From Eledone cirrhosa (lineage: Eukaryota), in the NCBI GenBank assembly GCA_964016885.1, contig OZ024746.1, positions 96,472,001 to 96,536,000 on the forward strand: 64,000 nucleotides of DNA, given 5' to 3'. Position 1 is the first letter of the stretch. Every line of letters starts with the position of its first letter. The position numbers and the translations under genes are program-made. Below the pieces are notes generated by a model, which saw nothing but the letters and a program-made list of their open reading frames with translations, made no database searches and was not told the origin of the DNA. Shown in pieces: positions 1 through 19,236 of this stretch.

Positions 1-283
1 AGCTCATGGATGTTATCCAACCATCTTGCTTGGGGTCTACCTCTGGGTCTCCTGCCGGCTAGTTCTGCCCGTAAAATCTGTCCAGCGATTCTTTCCCGAG
101 ATATTCTAACCACTATGGAGTTTCGGAGCTGTGATCTCTCAATTCGGAGAAGTAATTAGAGTGACTTTCTGATCCCCGAGCTACGCATTTTATCCATTAA
201 CGTTACTCCAAAGACCCTTCGGAGGAATCTCATTTCGGCCGCTTGTATTCGCGATCATATTCTTTCGGTCATTACCCAAGATT
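1..283 (-). mobile_element. RTE-clade LINE 3' fragment (runs off window start)
   Basis: Minus strand reads SWVMTERI..SRIQAAEMRFLRRVFGVTLMDKMRSSGIRKSL..LLRIERSQLR..GRRPRGRPQARWLDNIHEL, typical RTE C-terminus; homologous copies near 27340, 43940 and 50930. Confidence 0.8.
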
Positions 284-456
284 ATATTTTTCAAAAATAA
301 GCCTACTATTTAAAGCTAAAGACTGATAACTATATGATAGTTTAAGTTAAAATTTAATAAAATTTAAAACGTAATCGAAAAAAAATAGAAAAATGTTAAA
401 ATATTTCGTCAGAAAATAAACAATCAAAGTATTTTTTCTACTAAAAAGGATGACAA

Positions 457-502
<46 letters not shown>

Positions 503-851
503 GTGAACATATGCACAGAGAAAATTACAATGTGAGGAAATAAGAAGGCTTAGAGACAGCCAATTAAATATATAAGCAAGCAAGAATATATATAATTACG
601 ATCTTTTATTTTCACCACATAAGGTCAACTTGACATTACTACATATAGGGTGTACACAATAATTCAAATATTAATTACAATAAAAAGAAAATGTAGTTTG
701 CTTGAAGCATTGTACATGATATATAATACAGTATATAATGTGGAGAGTGATATATGGAAGAAGGTTAAACAATGGAAAATGGAAGGTAAGATGAAGGTAA
801 CGAAAAAGTTGGTTACCTCGTAATCTTTAGGTTTTTTTTCTTTTCTTCATC

Positions 852-886
852 CTAATATTTCGGGACTGAAAATCGCCTTGTCAGAG
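852..886 (-). ncRNA. degenerate minimal hammerhead-ribozyme-like motif
   Basis: Minus strand CT-CTGACAA-GGCGATTTTCAGTCCC-GAAA-TAT-T-AG; core differs from CUGACGA by one CpG-type transition; palindromic stem III ATAT. Confidence 0.4.
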
Positions 887-1848
887 TATAGGGAACGCTC
901 AGAGCCCACAATAAGAAAAGGGATGTAATACGGTGAGTGCATTTCATTTTTTCATGTATTAATGAATGCTAAGTTAAATGATAAATACATTATAAACATA
1001 TAATTCTCTGGTATCTGAGGAAAGCGAAACTACATCATGTTACAGAAGATAGAGGAAGAAAAATTACTAACTAGATTTCTAGTGAAGTACGCGGCCCCAC
1101 GTGAATTCGAAAATTAAAAAAATACTCGTTTCAAAGAACGTGAATTCGGAAAATATTATTGAATTTTCATCCTGGTTAATAACTCGCTGTCACGTGACTG
1201 AAATTTTAGAAAGTTCTATGGGTGAAAAGCAGGTCTTAAAATGTTGATATGAGATTTAACATGTCATGTCTCCAACGAAGAACATAAATGAAAATTAGAA
1301 ACAGAGAAAGCGTGTCCACTGAACATTCCTCCTCCCTTTCTTCCGATGCCTAATTAATCTTTGCTTTTCCCCTCCTTTTCCTCTCATTTATGGCATTTAT
1401 AGTCCTTTCCTCTACTTTCCCATACAGCCAGATCTGCCCTTCTTTGCCCCTTTCTCCTTTTACTCATTACTTAATTTCGTTTTTATCTTTCTTTTTCATA
1501 TTTCCATCATTGTATAACTTCCTTTTGTAAAATATAGTTAACACTTAACAGGTGTATTTAAGAATCAAATGTACACACAAGGCAAATCCACTTCCCACCG
1601 AGTCCAAAGGTAGGGTGAGTCTATTCTACAAACCAAGATACAATATGTTTGCGTATAATAAACATTTTTTAGGCGACGAATAGGTAGAGGGACCCCATTT
1701 GCTCACCATACGGATTAATAGGCAAAGTTATAAACTATTGTAAATAAATAATTATTGTGGCTTGTAAAAAAAAGAAGAAAATAAAATCGGATAGAATGCT
1801 TTGTGGGTTTTCTTTCCGGTTCTATGCGTTCAAAGTTCAAATCCCGCC

Positions 1849-2272
1849 GAATTTCTCAACAGTCTGGAACCATTCGGTATGTCACCACACAACCTTGAAT
1901 TGAAGGCGCAGCCATCATACTTCTAGGAAACCTGGATCAGCCAAGATTGTACAATGGGACGAGTATGGTTATGACTGAACTACAGCTTCACATTATCGAA
2001 GCCTAAATCCTCACTGGATGTGGTAAGAGAGATATTGTATTTATAACTAGAATACCACTAATACCAACAGATGTCCCCTTTCATTTCAAACTATTGCAAT
2101 TCCCAGTGAGAGTCAGTTACACAACGGCCATCAACAAGTCCCAAGGTCAAACACTGCAGGATGTCGCTCTCCTTCTAGAGGAGGGTTGTTTCTCACATGG
2201 TTAAATCTAGGTAGGTTGTTCCAGATGCTCCAAAGGAAAAAGGTTAAAAACATTGTATATACTGAAGTTCCG
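1849..2272 (+). pseudogene. Helitron-type PIF1 helicase C-terminal fragment, decayed
   Basis: Translates across stops/frameshift as EFLNSLEPFGMSPHNLELK..IILLGNLDQPRLYNGT..IEA*ILTG..VFITRIPLIPTDVPFHFKLLQFPVRVSYTTAINKSQGQTL..CFSHG*I*VGCSR..KNIVYTEV. Confidence 0.9.
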
Positions 2273-2368
2273 TAAATCTATATTATAATAAGAACCGTGT
2301 ATGTCTGTCTGTCCATCACACTCTCTCTCCCCTCTCTCTCTCTCTCTAAAATGTAATGTCTGAACAAA

Positions 2369-2548
2369 CGAAAATACGGATTTTTTGGTGTGTGTGTAGG
2401 GGGGGGGGGTAATGTGTGTGTGTTTCTGTATGTCACACACACACCCATATACATATATATATATATATGTATATGGGTGTGTGTGTGACATACAGAAACA
2501 CACACACTATCCCCCCCCCCCCCTCACACCAAAAAATCCGTATTTTCG
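2369..2548. repeat. fold-back palindrome centred on (TA)n
   Basis: CGAAAATACGGATTTTTTGGTGTG..TTTCTGTATGTCACAC..CCCATATAC mirrored by GTATATGGG..GTGTGACATACAGAAA..CACACCAAAAAATCCGTATTTTCG. Confidence 0.9.
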
Positions 2549-2552
2549 ACAT

Positions 2553-2586
<34 letters not shown>

Positions 2587-2596
2587 GTGTATCTAT

Positions 2597-3148
2597 AATA
2601 AATGTAATCTGACTTTTTCGAATATCAATAATAACATTCGATTCGTTTGCAATTAAGCAAACAAGCCTCATTTTTAAAGCCATGTCAGTAGAATGAGCCC
2701 CTCATTCTTGCTCTTGTGTTGGCATGCAAACGGCCATTTATCGCTCGTATACAGGAAACTGACGAGCCAATCTGCTGATATGCAAATCTGGCTGATCAGC
2801 GGATCTGCTAATATGCAGATCTGACTGATCAGCCAGTCTGCTGATATGCAAATCTGGCTGATCAGCGGATCTGCTAATATGCAAATCAGGCCGATCAGTC
2901 ACTGTGTATTTTAGAAAATAACATATATTTTCACTAACTCTGACAGTTGGCAGGTGAACAGTGGGCTGTACTGATGAAGAGTGATACACAGAAACATTAG
3001 TGTCTGCAGTTCTGTTTACATGCCAACACAAGAGCAAGAATGAGGGGTTCATTCTACTGACATGGCTTTAAAAATGAGGCTTGTTTGCATAATTGCAAAC
3101 GAATCGAATGTTATTATTAATATTCAAAAAACTCAGATTACATTTATT
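2597..3148. mobile_element. MITE/fold-back element with ~135-bp terminal inverted repeats and internal 33-bp tandem repeats
   Basis: 2597-2731 is the reverse complement of 3014-3148 with few mismatches; ~4 copies of TCTGCTRATATGCAAATCTGGCTGATCAG-type unit at ~2770-2900. Confidence 0.75.
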
Positions 3149-3174
3149 GTATTCAGCCATGTCGAGCGAAATTT

Positions 3175-3213
<39 letters not shown>

Positions 3214-3220
3214 GCGCGCG

Positions 3221-3374
3221 CGAAGATCTGCTGAAAAGTTCATAGGCTGACCAATATACTCTCATGGAATGGCCAAGTAATTAATAAGAAAAGTAGAATT
3301 TAATGCATGCAAGATTTCACAGTTCTAACATCACTCCTTCATAGTCAGCCTATGAACTCTTCAGCCGACCCTCG
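3221..3374. mobile_element. mariner-like MITE remnant
   Basis: TIRs CGAAGATCTGCTGAAAAGTTCATAGGCTGAC / GTCAGCCTATGAACTCTTCAGCCGACCCTCG, resembling mariner CGAGGG ends. Confidence 0.7.
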
Positions 3375-3487
3375 TGTGTGTATATTATGTATGTATATAT
3401 ATATATGTATGTGTGTTAAATATTTCCGTAGAAAAGGTAAAGGAAAAAAGAGTGCTCTATGTATTGCACAGAGCTGTTTAATTACAT

Positions 3488-3625
3488 AATAAACAACTCA
3501 TAATTATTTCATTACAGAAGGTTTCAAGAAACTAGATGATCGTCAGTCAGACAAAATAATTATTTTGTCTGACGACCATCTACTTTCTTGAGACCTTCTG
3601 TAATGAAATAATTATGTTGTTTATT
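3488..3625. repeat. near-perfect palindrome (~68-bp arms)
   Basis: TAATTATTTCATTACAGAAGGTTTCAAGAAACTAGATGATCGTCAG..ACAAAATA / TATTTTGTCTGACGACCATCTACTTTCTTGAGACCTTCTGTAATGAAATAATTA. Confidence 0.9.
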
Positions 3626-3759
3626 ATTGTCAATTACAATTTTATTTGATATATCATATCTACTTGCGTATAATATCAATATACACACTACACATACTAG
3701 CAGAAAACCACCCCAAGGGTGGTTTTTCTGCAAGTATATCTAATTATATATATATATAT

Positions 3760-4096
3760 AGAATGCTGAGGATGGCTCTGAACATTAATCAGTATACACT
3801 GAGGATGAAAAACTCAGAGCTGTATGGGAGCATCCCAAAAGTCAGCTCAAAAGTGACACAGAGGAGACTGAGGTTAGCTGGACATGCTCACCGACATCCA
3901 GAGTTGACATTGCACTCAGTGCTCCTGTGGGAGACCCTACATGGACACACTAGAAGAGGAAGGCCAAGGTTAACGTATGTTGATGCCCTAAGGACAGACA
4001 CTGGTCTGTTGGAGACACAGGACATGGCAGCGATAATGAGGGACAGAGACCGCTGGAGAGAACTCGTCCATGGATCTCGGGAATTTTACCCGCCTT

Positions 4097-4098
<2 letters not shown>
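3760..4098 (+). mobile_element. RTE/RTE-X-like LINE 3' fragment between (TA)n tracts
   Basis: ORF 3646-4098 segment RMLRMALNI..N.ELYG..RRLRLAGHAHRH..LLW..GHTRRGRPRLTYVD..MRDRDRWR, typical RTE-group C-terminus. Confidence 0.85.
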
Positions 4099-12237
<8,139 letters not shown>

Positions 12238-12386
12238 TGTTATACTTTGGGAGGGTCATGTTGCCAATAAGAAACACACGCATCATTTGTTTCACTTCAA
12301 TTTATTATAATAAATTTATAAATTTAGGAATTTATAAATTTCCGGTTGGTTGGTTGATTCCACAACCAGATGGTTGTTTATATATT

Positions 12387-12429
12387 GTCAAAGTTCTTTC
12401 GTCACACATTCTGTGACGCCTTCAGTGAC
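12387..12429 (-). ncRNA. type I minimal hammerhead-like motif in the Penelope 3' pseudo-LTR
   Basis: GTCA-CTGAAGG-C-GTCACA(GAATG)TGTGAC-GAAA-GAACT-T-TGAC: stems I and II pair perfectly, core has G at A9. Confidence 0.7.
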
Positions 12430-12720
12430 TGGGGATTCTTTTCTTAGTTTTTTGTGCTTCTCCTTTGTTCTGTCCTACGCCATCTTGTTTTTGTGTGTGT
12501 TGTGTGCTTAGTTTGCGCATGTGTTACATCCGGGTGTCTGTGTGTGTTTATATTCGTTTATTTATTTGTTTATTTACATGTTACTGGTTGGTTGTTTGTT
12601 CTATGTGCGTGTGTGTTTTCATTTTGTCCTTAATTGTAAGTTGTGATGTTGCTGTTCCACTCATGTTTTCTATTTAATTTTGGTTGTAATTCATTTATGT
12701 TTATTGCCTCTGTGATTTGT

Positions 12721-13272
12721 CTAAACATTGCGTCTTTTCTGTGTGTAGATTCTATTTTTATTTCTATGTTCTATTTTAGCATGTTGGTAGAGTACAGATG
12801 ATTCTTTACTATCTTGAAGGTCTCGCCAGTGTTCATTTATCCGTTCCCCTATACTACGAGCTGTCTCACCTATGTACACTATATTTTTATCTCTACATTG
12901 TCCTTCAGTACATCTTATGCTATATACTACATTTCTAGTTTTACAGTTAATATGGGGGCTTAATTTACAGATTATACAATTCTTGTCTATACAGGGAGGT
13001 ATTTGAAAAGGGTATGTCTTGCTAATAAGTGTTTTTATGGAGGTACCTGGTATTTCTACTATCTTAATATTGAGTTTGTGTTTATCTAGGGCCCTTCTAA
13101 ATTTGTAAGCTAATTCACCTCTAGGGGTTGTATCGATGAACATTACACTCTGGTATTTATTGCTATCATACCATGAGTTTATTCTATTAACCTTATTCCT
13201 AGTTCTTTCTATTCTATTCCAAAATTTGCTCCTATACAAGGGGCAGGTCCCATTTGTGTCATTATTTACCAT
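12721..13272 (-). pseudogene. Penelope-like Zn-finger plus GIY-YIG endonuclease (truncated)
   Basis: CIDKNCIIC..NCKTRNVVYSIRC..C..YIGETARSIGERINEH..SVLYQH. Confidence 0.9.
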
Positions 13273-14366
13273 TTATTCCCATTTGGTTCTGGCTCCTCTA
13301 TATACTCTGATTTCATCTCTCTGATTGTAACCAGAGAACTGCATACGGTGGATGAAGTGTTGTATGTGTCTCTCTAGTTCTTTGGGGTTGCACATGCGGG
13401 ACACGTTTCTCATCACCCGTACTAAATCCGCAATCAGTATGTTGATTTTGGTGTGATCCGAAAGAGCTGAGTTTCGGTGGATCAGGTATTTGGAAGTCAT
13501 GGGTTTGGCATAATGGGAATGGAGGTTTTGTTTTTTGTTATTAATAGTATCTAACCAGAGCTCTGTGTCTAGTACAGGTAATCGATGGTTGGGGTGTTTG
13601 CTTGGGTAGTCTATAGTAACTCTAATACGCTGGTGGATGGAGTTAGCTATTTGCTGGATGCTTTCCATGGTATTTTTCTCTAATTTCTGACTGTTTTCTA
13701 GTGGGATGTTTTTACTACGATGTTTATATCATCAACGTAGAGAGAGTACATTATCAGGGTTAAGAGGTCTTCTAATTGTTATTTAAGTTTATTGTCCCAC
13801 CATACCATGAATAGGTTAGCTATGTCACCTGCAATGCTAACACAAATGGCTGCTCCCTCCTCTTGGGCATATGTTTTTCCATTAAATTTGAACATATGTT
13901 CCTTAAGGGTTAGTTTTATACTGGCCCCCACCGCATGTGCAAGCATTTTCTTTAGTTCATCATGGTTTTCGGGGGTCCGTATGGCTCTGGTCCACCCGTT
14001 CCATTTTTCTGTGTGGGTTTTCTTGGCTATTGAGGTAATGGTAGGTGGTCTGCCTCTTGCTGGCCTTGTGGGGCAGAGGTTCCTAAGGTCATACGTATCT
14101 AGATAATCATTACTATAAGTAAGTTTAAGTAGGAGTCCCAGCTCACTGGTATCAATCCCACGGAATTCAACATTGCTCTCACTGATCATTTCTACGCATT
14201 TCTCCACAGCAAAATCCACGTCAATGGATGGGTATAGGGACACAACATCCATACTACTTATTATACAGTCTGTTATGTCCCTAGATCGGTTATTTTCGCT
14301 GATTCTGCTGAGGAGGTCCTCCGTGCTGTCACATATCCCCGAGGACATTTCAATGATGGGGCGTAC
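13273..14366 (-). pseudogene. Penelope-like reverse transcriptase (disrupted)
   Basis: VRPII, SMDVVSLYPSI, FKFNGKTYAQEEG..IAGDIANLFM, YSLYVDDIN (~13724-13750), LPVLDTEL, HYAKPM; stops/frameshifts between ORFs 13779-14348 and 13273-13668. Confidence 0.9.
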
Positions 14367-15442
14367 GCAGTGGAGACTTCTGGTGTCCTTGGCCCTAGGA
14401 CCACCTCCCTACTCACCACCATCAGCACCCCGTAGCAGTGGAGACTTCTGGTGTCCTTGGCCCTAGGACCACCTCCCTACTCACCACCATCAGCACCCCA
14501 TAGCAGTGGAGACTTCTGGTGTCCTTGGCCCTAGGACCACCTCCCTACTCACCACCATCAGCACCCCGTAGCAGTGGAGACTTCTGGTGTCCTTGGCCCT
14601 AGGACCACCTCCCTACTCACCACCATCAGCACCCCATAGCAGTGGAGACTTCTGGTGTCCTTGGCCCTAGGACCACCTCCCTACTCACCACCATCAGCAC
14701 CCCATAGCAGTGGAGACTTCTGGTGTCCTTGGCCCTAGGACCACCTCCCTACTCACCACCATCAGCACCCCATAGCAGTGGAGACTTCTGGTGTCCTTGG
14801 CCCTAGGACCATCTCCCTACTCACCACCATCAGCACCCCGTAGCAGGGGAGACTTCTGGTTTCCTTGGCCCTAGGACCACCTCCCTACTCACCACCATCA
14901 GCACCCCATAGCAGTGGAGACTTCTGGTGTCCTTGGCCCTAGGACCATCTCCCTACTCACCACCATCAGCACCCCATAGCAGTGGAGACTTCTGGTTTCC
15001 TTGGCCCTAGGACCACCTCCCTACTCACCACCATCAGCACCCCGTAGCAGGGGAGACTTCTGGTGTCCTTGGCCCTAGGACAACCACCCTACTCACCACC
15101 ATCAGCACCCCATAGCAGTGGAGACTTCTGGTTTCCTTGGCCCTAGGACCACCTCCCTACTCACCACCATCAGCACCCCGTAGCAGGGGAGACTTCTGGT
15201 GTCCTTGGCCCTAGGACCACCTCCCTACTCACCACCATCAGCACCCCGTAGCAGGGGAGACTTCTGGTGTCCTTGGCCCTAGGACCACCTCCCTACTCAC
15301 CACCATCAGCACCCCGTAGCAGGGGAGACTTCTGGCGTCCTTGGCCCTAGGACCACTTCCCTACTCACCACCATCAGCACCCCGTAGCAGGGGAGACTTC
15401 TGGTGTCCTTGACCCTAAGACCACCTCCCTACTCACCACCAT
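14367..15442. repeat. 68-bp minisatellite, ~16 copies
   Basis: Unit GCAGTGGAGACTTCTGGTGTCCTTGGCCCTAGGACCACCTCCCTACTCACCACCATCAGCACCCCRTA, period 68 from 14371 to 15391. Confidence 0.97.
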
Positions 15443-15819
15443 TGGCACGGAGTTGGCTACCCGCAGGTGTGAACCTCGCGAGTTGGAATCACTCTTCCAA
15501 CGAGTCTCCCTCACCATCCTCCGGAGAAACGTCTTCTTTATTCTGTCCGCCAGGGTCACGGGGCGACCAGCGCTCTGGTCCCCCATTTGCTTATAATAGT
15601 GAGAGATGGGGAGAGCGAGAGAGACGGAAGGGGCAGACACTATACCAGCATTGCTGGAATATTTTGTAGAGTTAAAAGTTAAGCGATTAATTGCTTCTAA
15701 CTGGTTGATTCGTTGACACACATCAAGTAAAGTCCTATAGCTATAACTATATAACTAATCTTTCATGATAGTGAGGGAACATCTAAATAGTTGCTTGTTG
15801 TGTTAGAATTAGTAAAAGT

Positions 15820-16085
15820 ATGTCTTGAGCTTGGAGGCTCATCAAGCCGGTACTTATCCCAGTGATGAAGTGACTGAGAGTACAAGACTGTCCACTGGGC
15901 AGGATGCCAGTCCATCACAGGGTTAAGCTCCCAGCTATTGCTGGTACTCATTTTCAACTGAGTAGTCTGGAGCAACGTGAAATCAAATGTTTTGCTCAAG
16001 AACACAACACACAACCCAGCCCAAGAATCGAACCTACAACATTCTGATCGTAAGTCCAACACCCTTACTTCTAAGCCACGTGCCA
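15820..16085 (-). mobile_element. tRNA-derived SINE (family B)
   Basis: Minus strand GCACGTGGCTTAGAAGTAAGGGTGTTGGACTTACGATC..GGTTCGATTC head then TGTTCTTGAGCAAAACATTTGATTTCACGTTGCTCCAG; related pieces at ~16615, 27680, 27930, 42140, 50590. Confidence 0.75.
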
Positions 16086-16246
16086 AGTGGAGACTTACCA
16101 CAGATGGCGTTGTGTCATTTGTAATCATCTGAATAACTAGCTATCTGTTTCCGACCTAGGGGAAATTCCAAGCCTGTTAATCCGGCAAAATGGATAAACC
16201 GACGGCCTAGTTTGAACCTAGGGTGCTGAAGGATCAAACAAAAATA

Positions 16247-16572
16247 TTTAACCTTTTTGATACCTAAACGCCCAGAACTGCCTTTAGTTTGAAGTTACAA
16301 ATATCTTCTAGATTTACAGTGTTTACAAGATTTGATGTTCCAAAACACCAGCTTAATAACGAGGAAATTGGCTATTTTACTAAATCTCTACAAACTCTTG
16401 ATTATTTTCAAAATTATATGTGTACTTAGGTTACTATTTTCTATTGTTTGCTTCCTGTCTGTTTTATTACATCTGTATATCTAGAATACATTGTTCTAAT
16501 GTGTTCTTTGGTCTGTTTTAGTAAAAACAATAGACAGTGTATTTTACCAGAAATACGTTACGAAAGAGTTTG
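16247..16572. mobile_element. degenerate piggyBac-like MITE (second family), with internal insert
   Basis: TTAACCTTTTTGATACC...CGTTACGAAAGAGTT ends; related pieces at ~28450, 47625-47738, 58064-58300. Confidence 0.45.
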
Positions 16573-17249
16573 AATCGTAGGGAGCATTAACCTATGTGTC
16601 TTGGACGTTTAAACCAGCCCAGGAATCGAACCCACGACATTATAATCGTAAGTCCAACACCCTTACTACTGGGCCACGTGCACCCACTAGAATTAGCAAA
16701 GTCTCCCTTAAATCACACTCTATCACATTGTTTTCCCTAGATTACACAGTGAAGTCTTAAATATAAAAACAGACGAGATGGTCATGACTGGAACCCCTTT
16801 GATCATATGTACATTTCACGGCTGGCTAACACGAAGCTAACAACTGCTCTTTCTCATCTCATTCCCTATCTTCTCATACCTCCCTCCCCCTCCTCCTCCT
16901 CTATCTGCCTTCGTTTTGTTTTTTGTTTATTTTTTTTCTGTCTCTCATTTATTCTTTTTATGTCACTCTCATTCACCCCCCTCTCTCTCTCTCAGTGTCA
17001 CTCTCATTCACCCCTCCCCCTCTCACTCTCTCTGTCAATCTCAATAATTCTCAATAATTCTCTCGTTCTCTCTCTCTCTCTCACTTTCTCTGGAAGAAAT
17101 CTGTTGTATTCAGACCTGGAGAGAGAGATCCTCTCTCTCTCTCTCTCTGATTAACTCCCTCGCTCTCTCTCTCTCACTCTGATTAACTCCCTCGCTCTCG
17201 TTTCCTCTCTCGCTCTCTCTCTTGCTCTCTCTGATTAACTCCCTCGCTC

Positions 17250-17284
<35 letters not shown>

Positions 17285-17487
17285 AACTCACCCCTTCTCC
17301 TTCTCCACAATCCATCACACACAATACGACACAACCATCCAGGAGGATATATCATGTTATTGATGAAGACAAAAAAAACTGTTTAAAAAATACAACTGAA
17401 GCTTCTTCCATGTTTACAGACAAGCATGTTGCACAAACATAGTTGTATGTACCACACACTATGGAGGTATGTAGCGATGTGAGAGCG

Positions 17488-18030
17488 CGTGTGTGTGTGA
17501 GCATGAGGTGTGTGTGAGCATGTGTGTACGTCTGTGTGAGTGTGAACACGTGTGGACGTCTGTGTGAGTGTGAACATCTGTGTACGTACATCTGTGTGAG
17601 TGTGAGCATGTGCGTCTGTGTGAGTGTAAGCATGTGTGTGTGTGCGTCTGTGTGAGTGTGAGCATGTGTGTGTGCGTCTGTGTGAGTGTGAGCATGTGTG
17701 TGTGCGTCTGTGTCAGTGTGAGCATGTGTGTGTGCGTCTGTCAGTGAGAGCATGTGCGTGCGTCTGTGTCAGTGTGAGCATGTGCGTGCGTCTGTGTCAG
17801 TGTGAGCATGTCTGTGTGGGTGTGTGAGTATGTGCGTGCGTCTGTGTGGGTGTGTGAGCATGTGCGTGCGTCTGTGTGGGTGTGTGAGCATGTGCGTGCG
17901 TCTGTGTGGGTGTGTGAGCATGTGCGTGCGTCTGTGTGGGTGTGTGAGCATGTGCGTGCGTCTGTGTGGGTGTGTGAGCATGTGCGTGCGTCTGTGTGGG
18001 TGTGTGAGCATGTGCGTGCGTCTGTGCGCG
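17488..18030. repeat. TG-rich compound minisatellite (~30-bp units)
   Basis: Repeats of TGTGTGAGCATGTGCGTGCGTCTGTGTGGG and variants. Confidence 0.95.
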
Positions 18031-18238
18031 CGCCGACCAAACCGAGCGTGAAACTAGTTTATGAGTCATATACTACAGGAAATTTAAAACGTTAAGCGAA
18101 CGTATAGACATATATGTGAGCATGGATACATGCATTAGTCTCTCTCCCTCCCTCCCTCTCTCAATCACTATCCCTTCTCTATCTCTATCCCTTCTCCAAC
18201 TATCTATCTATCTATCTCTCTCTATATATATACATATA

Positions 18239-18434
18239 TAGGAAAAAAGTATGACCCCGACGGCAGAGCTCAAGCCGTTTCGACGGCTATTTCTAGTCCA
18301 GAAATAGCCGTCGAAACGGCTTGAGCTCTGCCGTCGGGGTCATACTTTTTCCTATTACCTACTCTACTACCCTAAGTATTGAGTACTCTGGTGCGTTATG
18401 GTCCATCTGGTTCCTTACTACACTTCTTTCGTTA
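18239..18434 (+). mobile_element. hairpin element copy 1 (~55-bp-arm palindrome plus ~80-bp unique tail)
   Basis: GGAAAAAAGTATGACCCCGACGGCAGAGCTCAAGCCGTTTCGACGGCTATTTCT mirrored, then TTACCTACTCTACTACCCTAAGTATTGAGTACTCTGGTGCGTTATGGTCCATCTGGTTCCTTAC; flanked by TA repeats; strand is nominal. Confidence 0.85.
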
Positions 18435-19162
18435 TTTATATATATATATATATATAACATACGAATATATATATATATATAAATATAAATATAATATAGA
18501 TAGAGATGGAGAGATTACTTTCTCACCAGCCATCTCATACTGCAATGTCTCTATACTTCTCTCCCCTCCTCCTCCTCACTGTTTCTCGTGTTATGTCCCT
18601 CTCCCTCTATTCCCCCCTCACTATTTCTCGTGTCATGTCCCTCTCCCTCCCCCCCCCTCACTGTCTCTCGTGTTATCTTCCTCTGCCTCTCTCTCTCAAC
18701 ACCATCACACATATGTACGTGTGTGTATGTGGCCGTTAAGCCAGGAAGGAGAGGGCGATGACTTTAGAGCCGTCGTCGTAACAGCTACACCGTGAATGTT
18801 GAGATGTGTTGAGCGAAGAACGGTGGACAGGACTTAGTTGTGACTGAGAGAATGAAGGATTCATTTAGTGATGATATATTGATTGTTAAAGCAGCCAATT
18901 GGTAGAGTCGTTACAACGTCCGATAGAAGAATTTGCCGTATTCGTTGCGGCTCTCTGAGTTCGAATCCCACCAGCGTCAATGTTGCCTTTTAGCCTTTTT
19001 CGAGGTCGATAAATAAAGTAGTAGGCTAGTACTGAGGTCTCTATCTATCTATCTATCTATCTATCTCTCTCAAGAAGAAGAAGAAAAAGAAAGAGGAGAA
19101 GAAGAAATCAAATGTCATAACGATGTTCATACGACTTCATCGGGAGATCAGAATTTATATAT

Positions 19163-19220
<58 letters not shown>

Positions 19221-19236
19221 GTGTGTGTGTGTGTGT

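Larger units (their letters stand above)
12238..14366 (-). mobile_element. Penelope-like retroelement (probably Neptune-type), degenerate
   Basis: RT motifs plus GIY-YIG endonuclease, Cys cluster CIDKNCIIC between them, hammerhead-like motif and AATAAA in 3' region. Confidence 0.9.

Noticed and set aside
1849-2272. Host PIF1 gene exon
   Set aside because: Multiple stops and frameshift; motifs match Helitron-type helicase.
14367-15442. CRISPR-like appearance of regular repeats (also 39816-40790, 60245-61483)
   Set aside because: Units are contiguous with no unique spacers, no cas genes, eukaryotic context.
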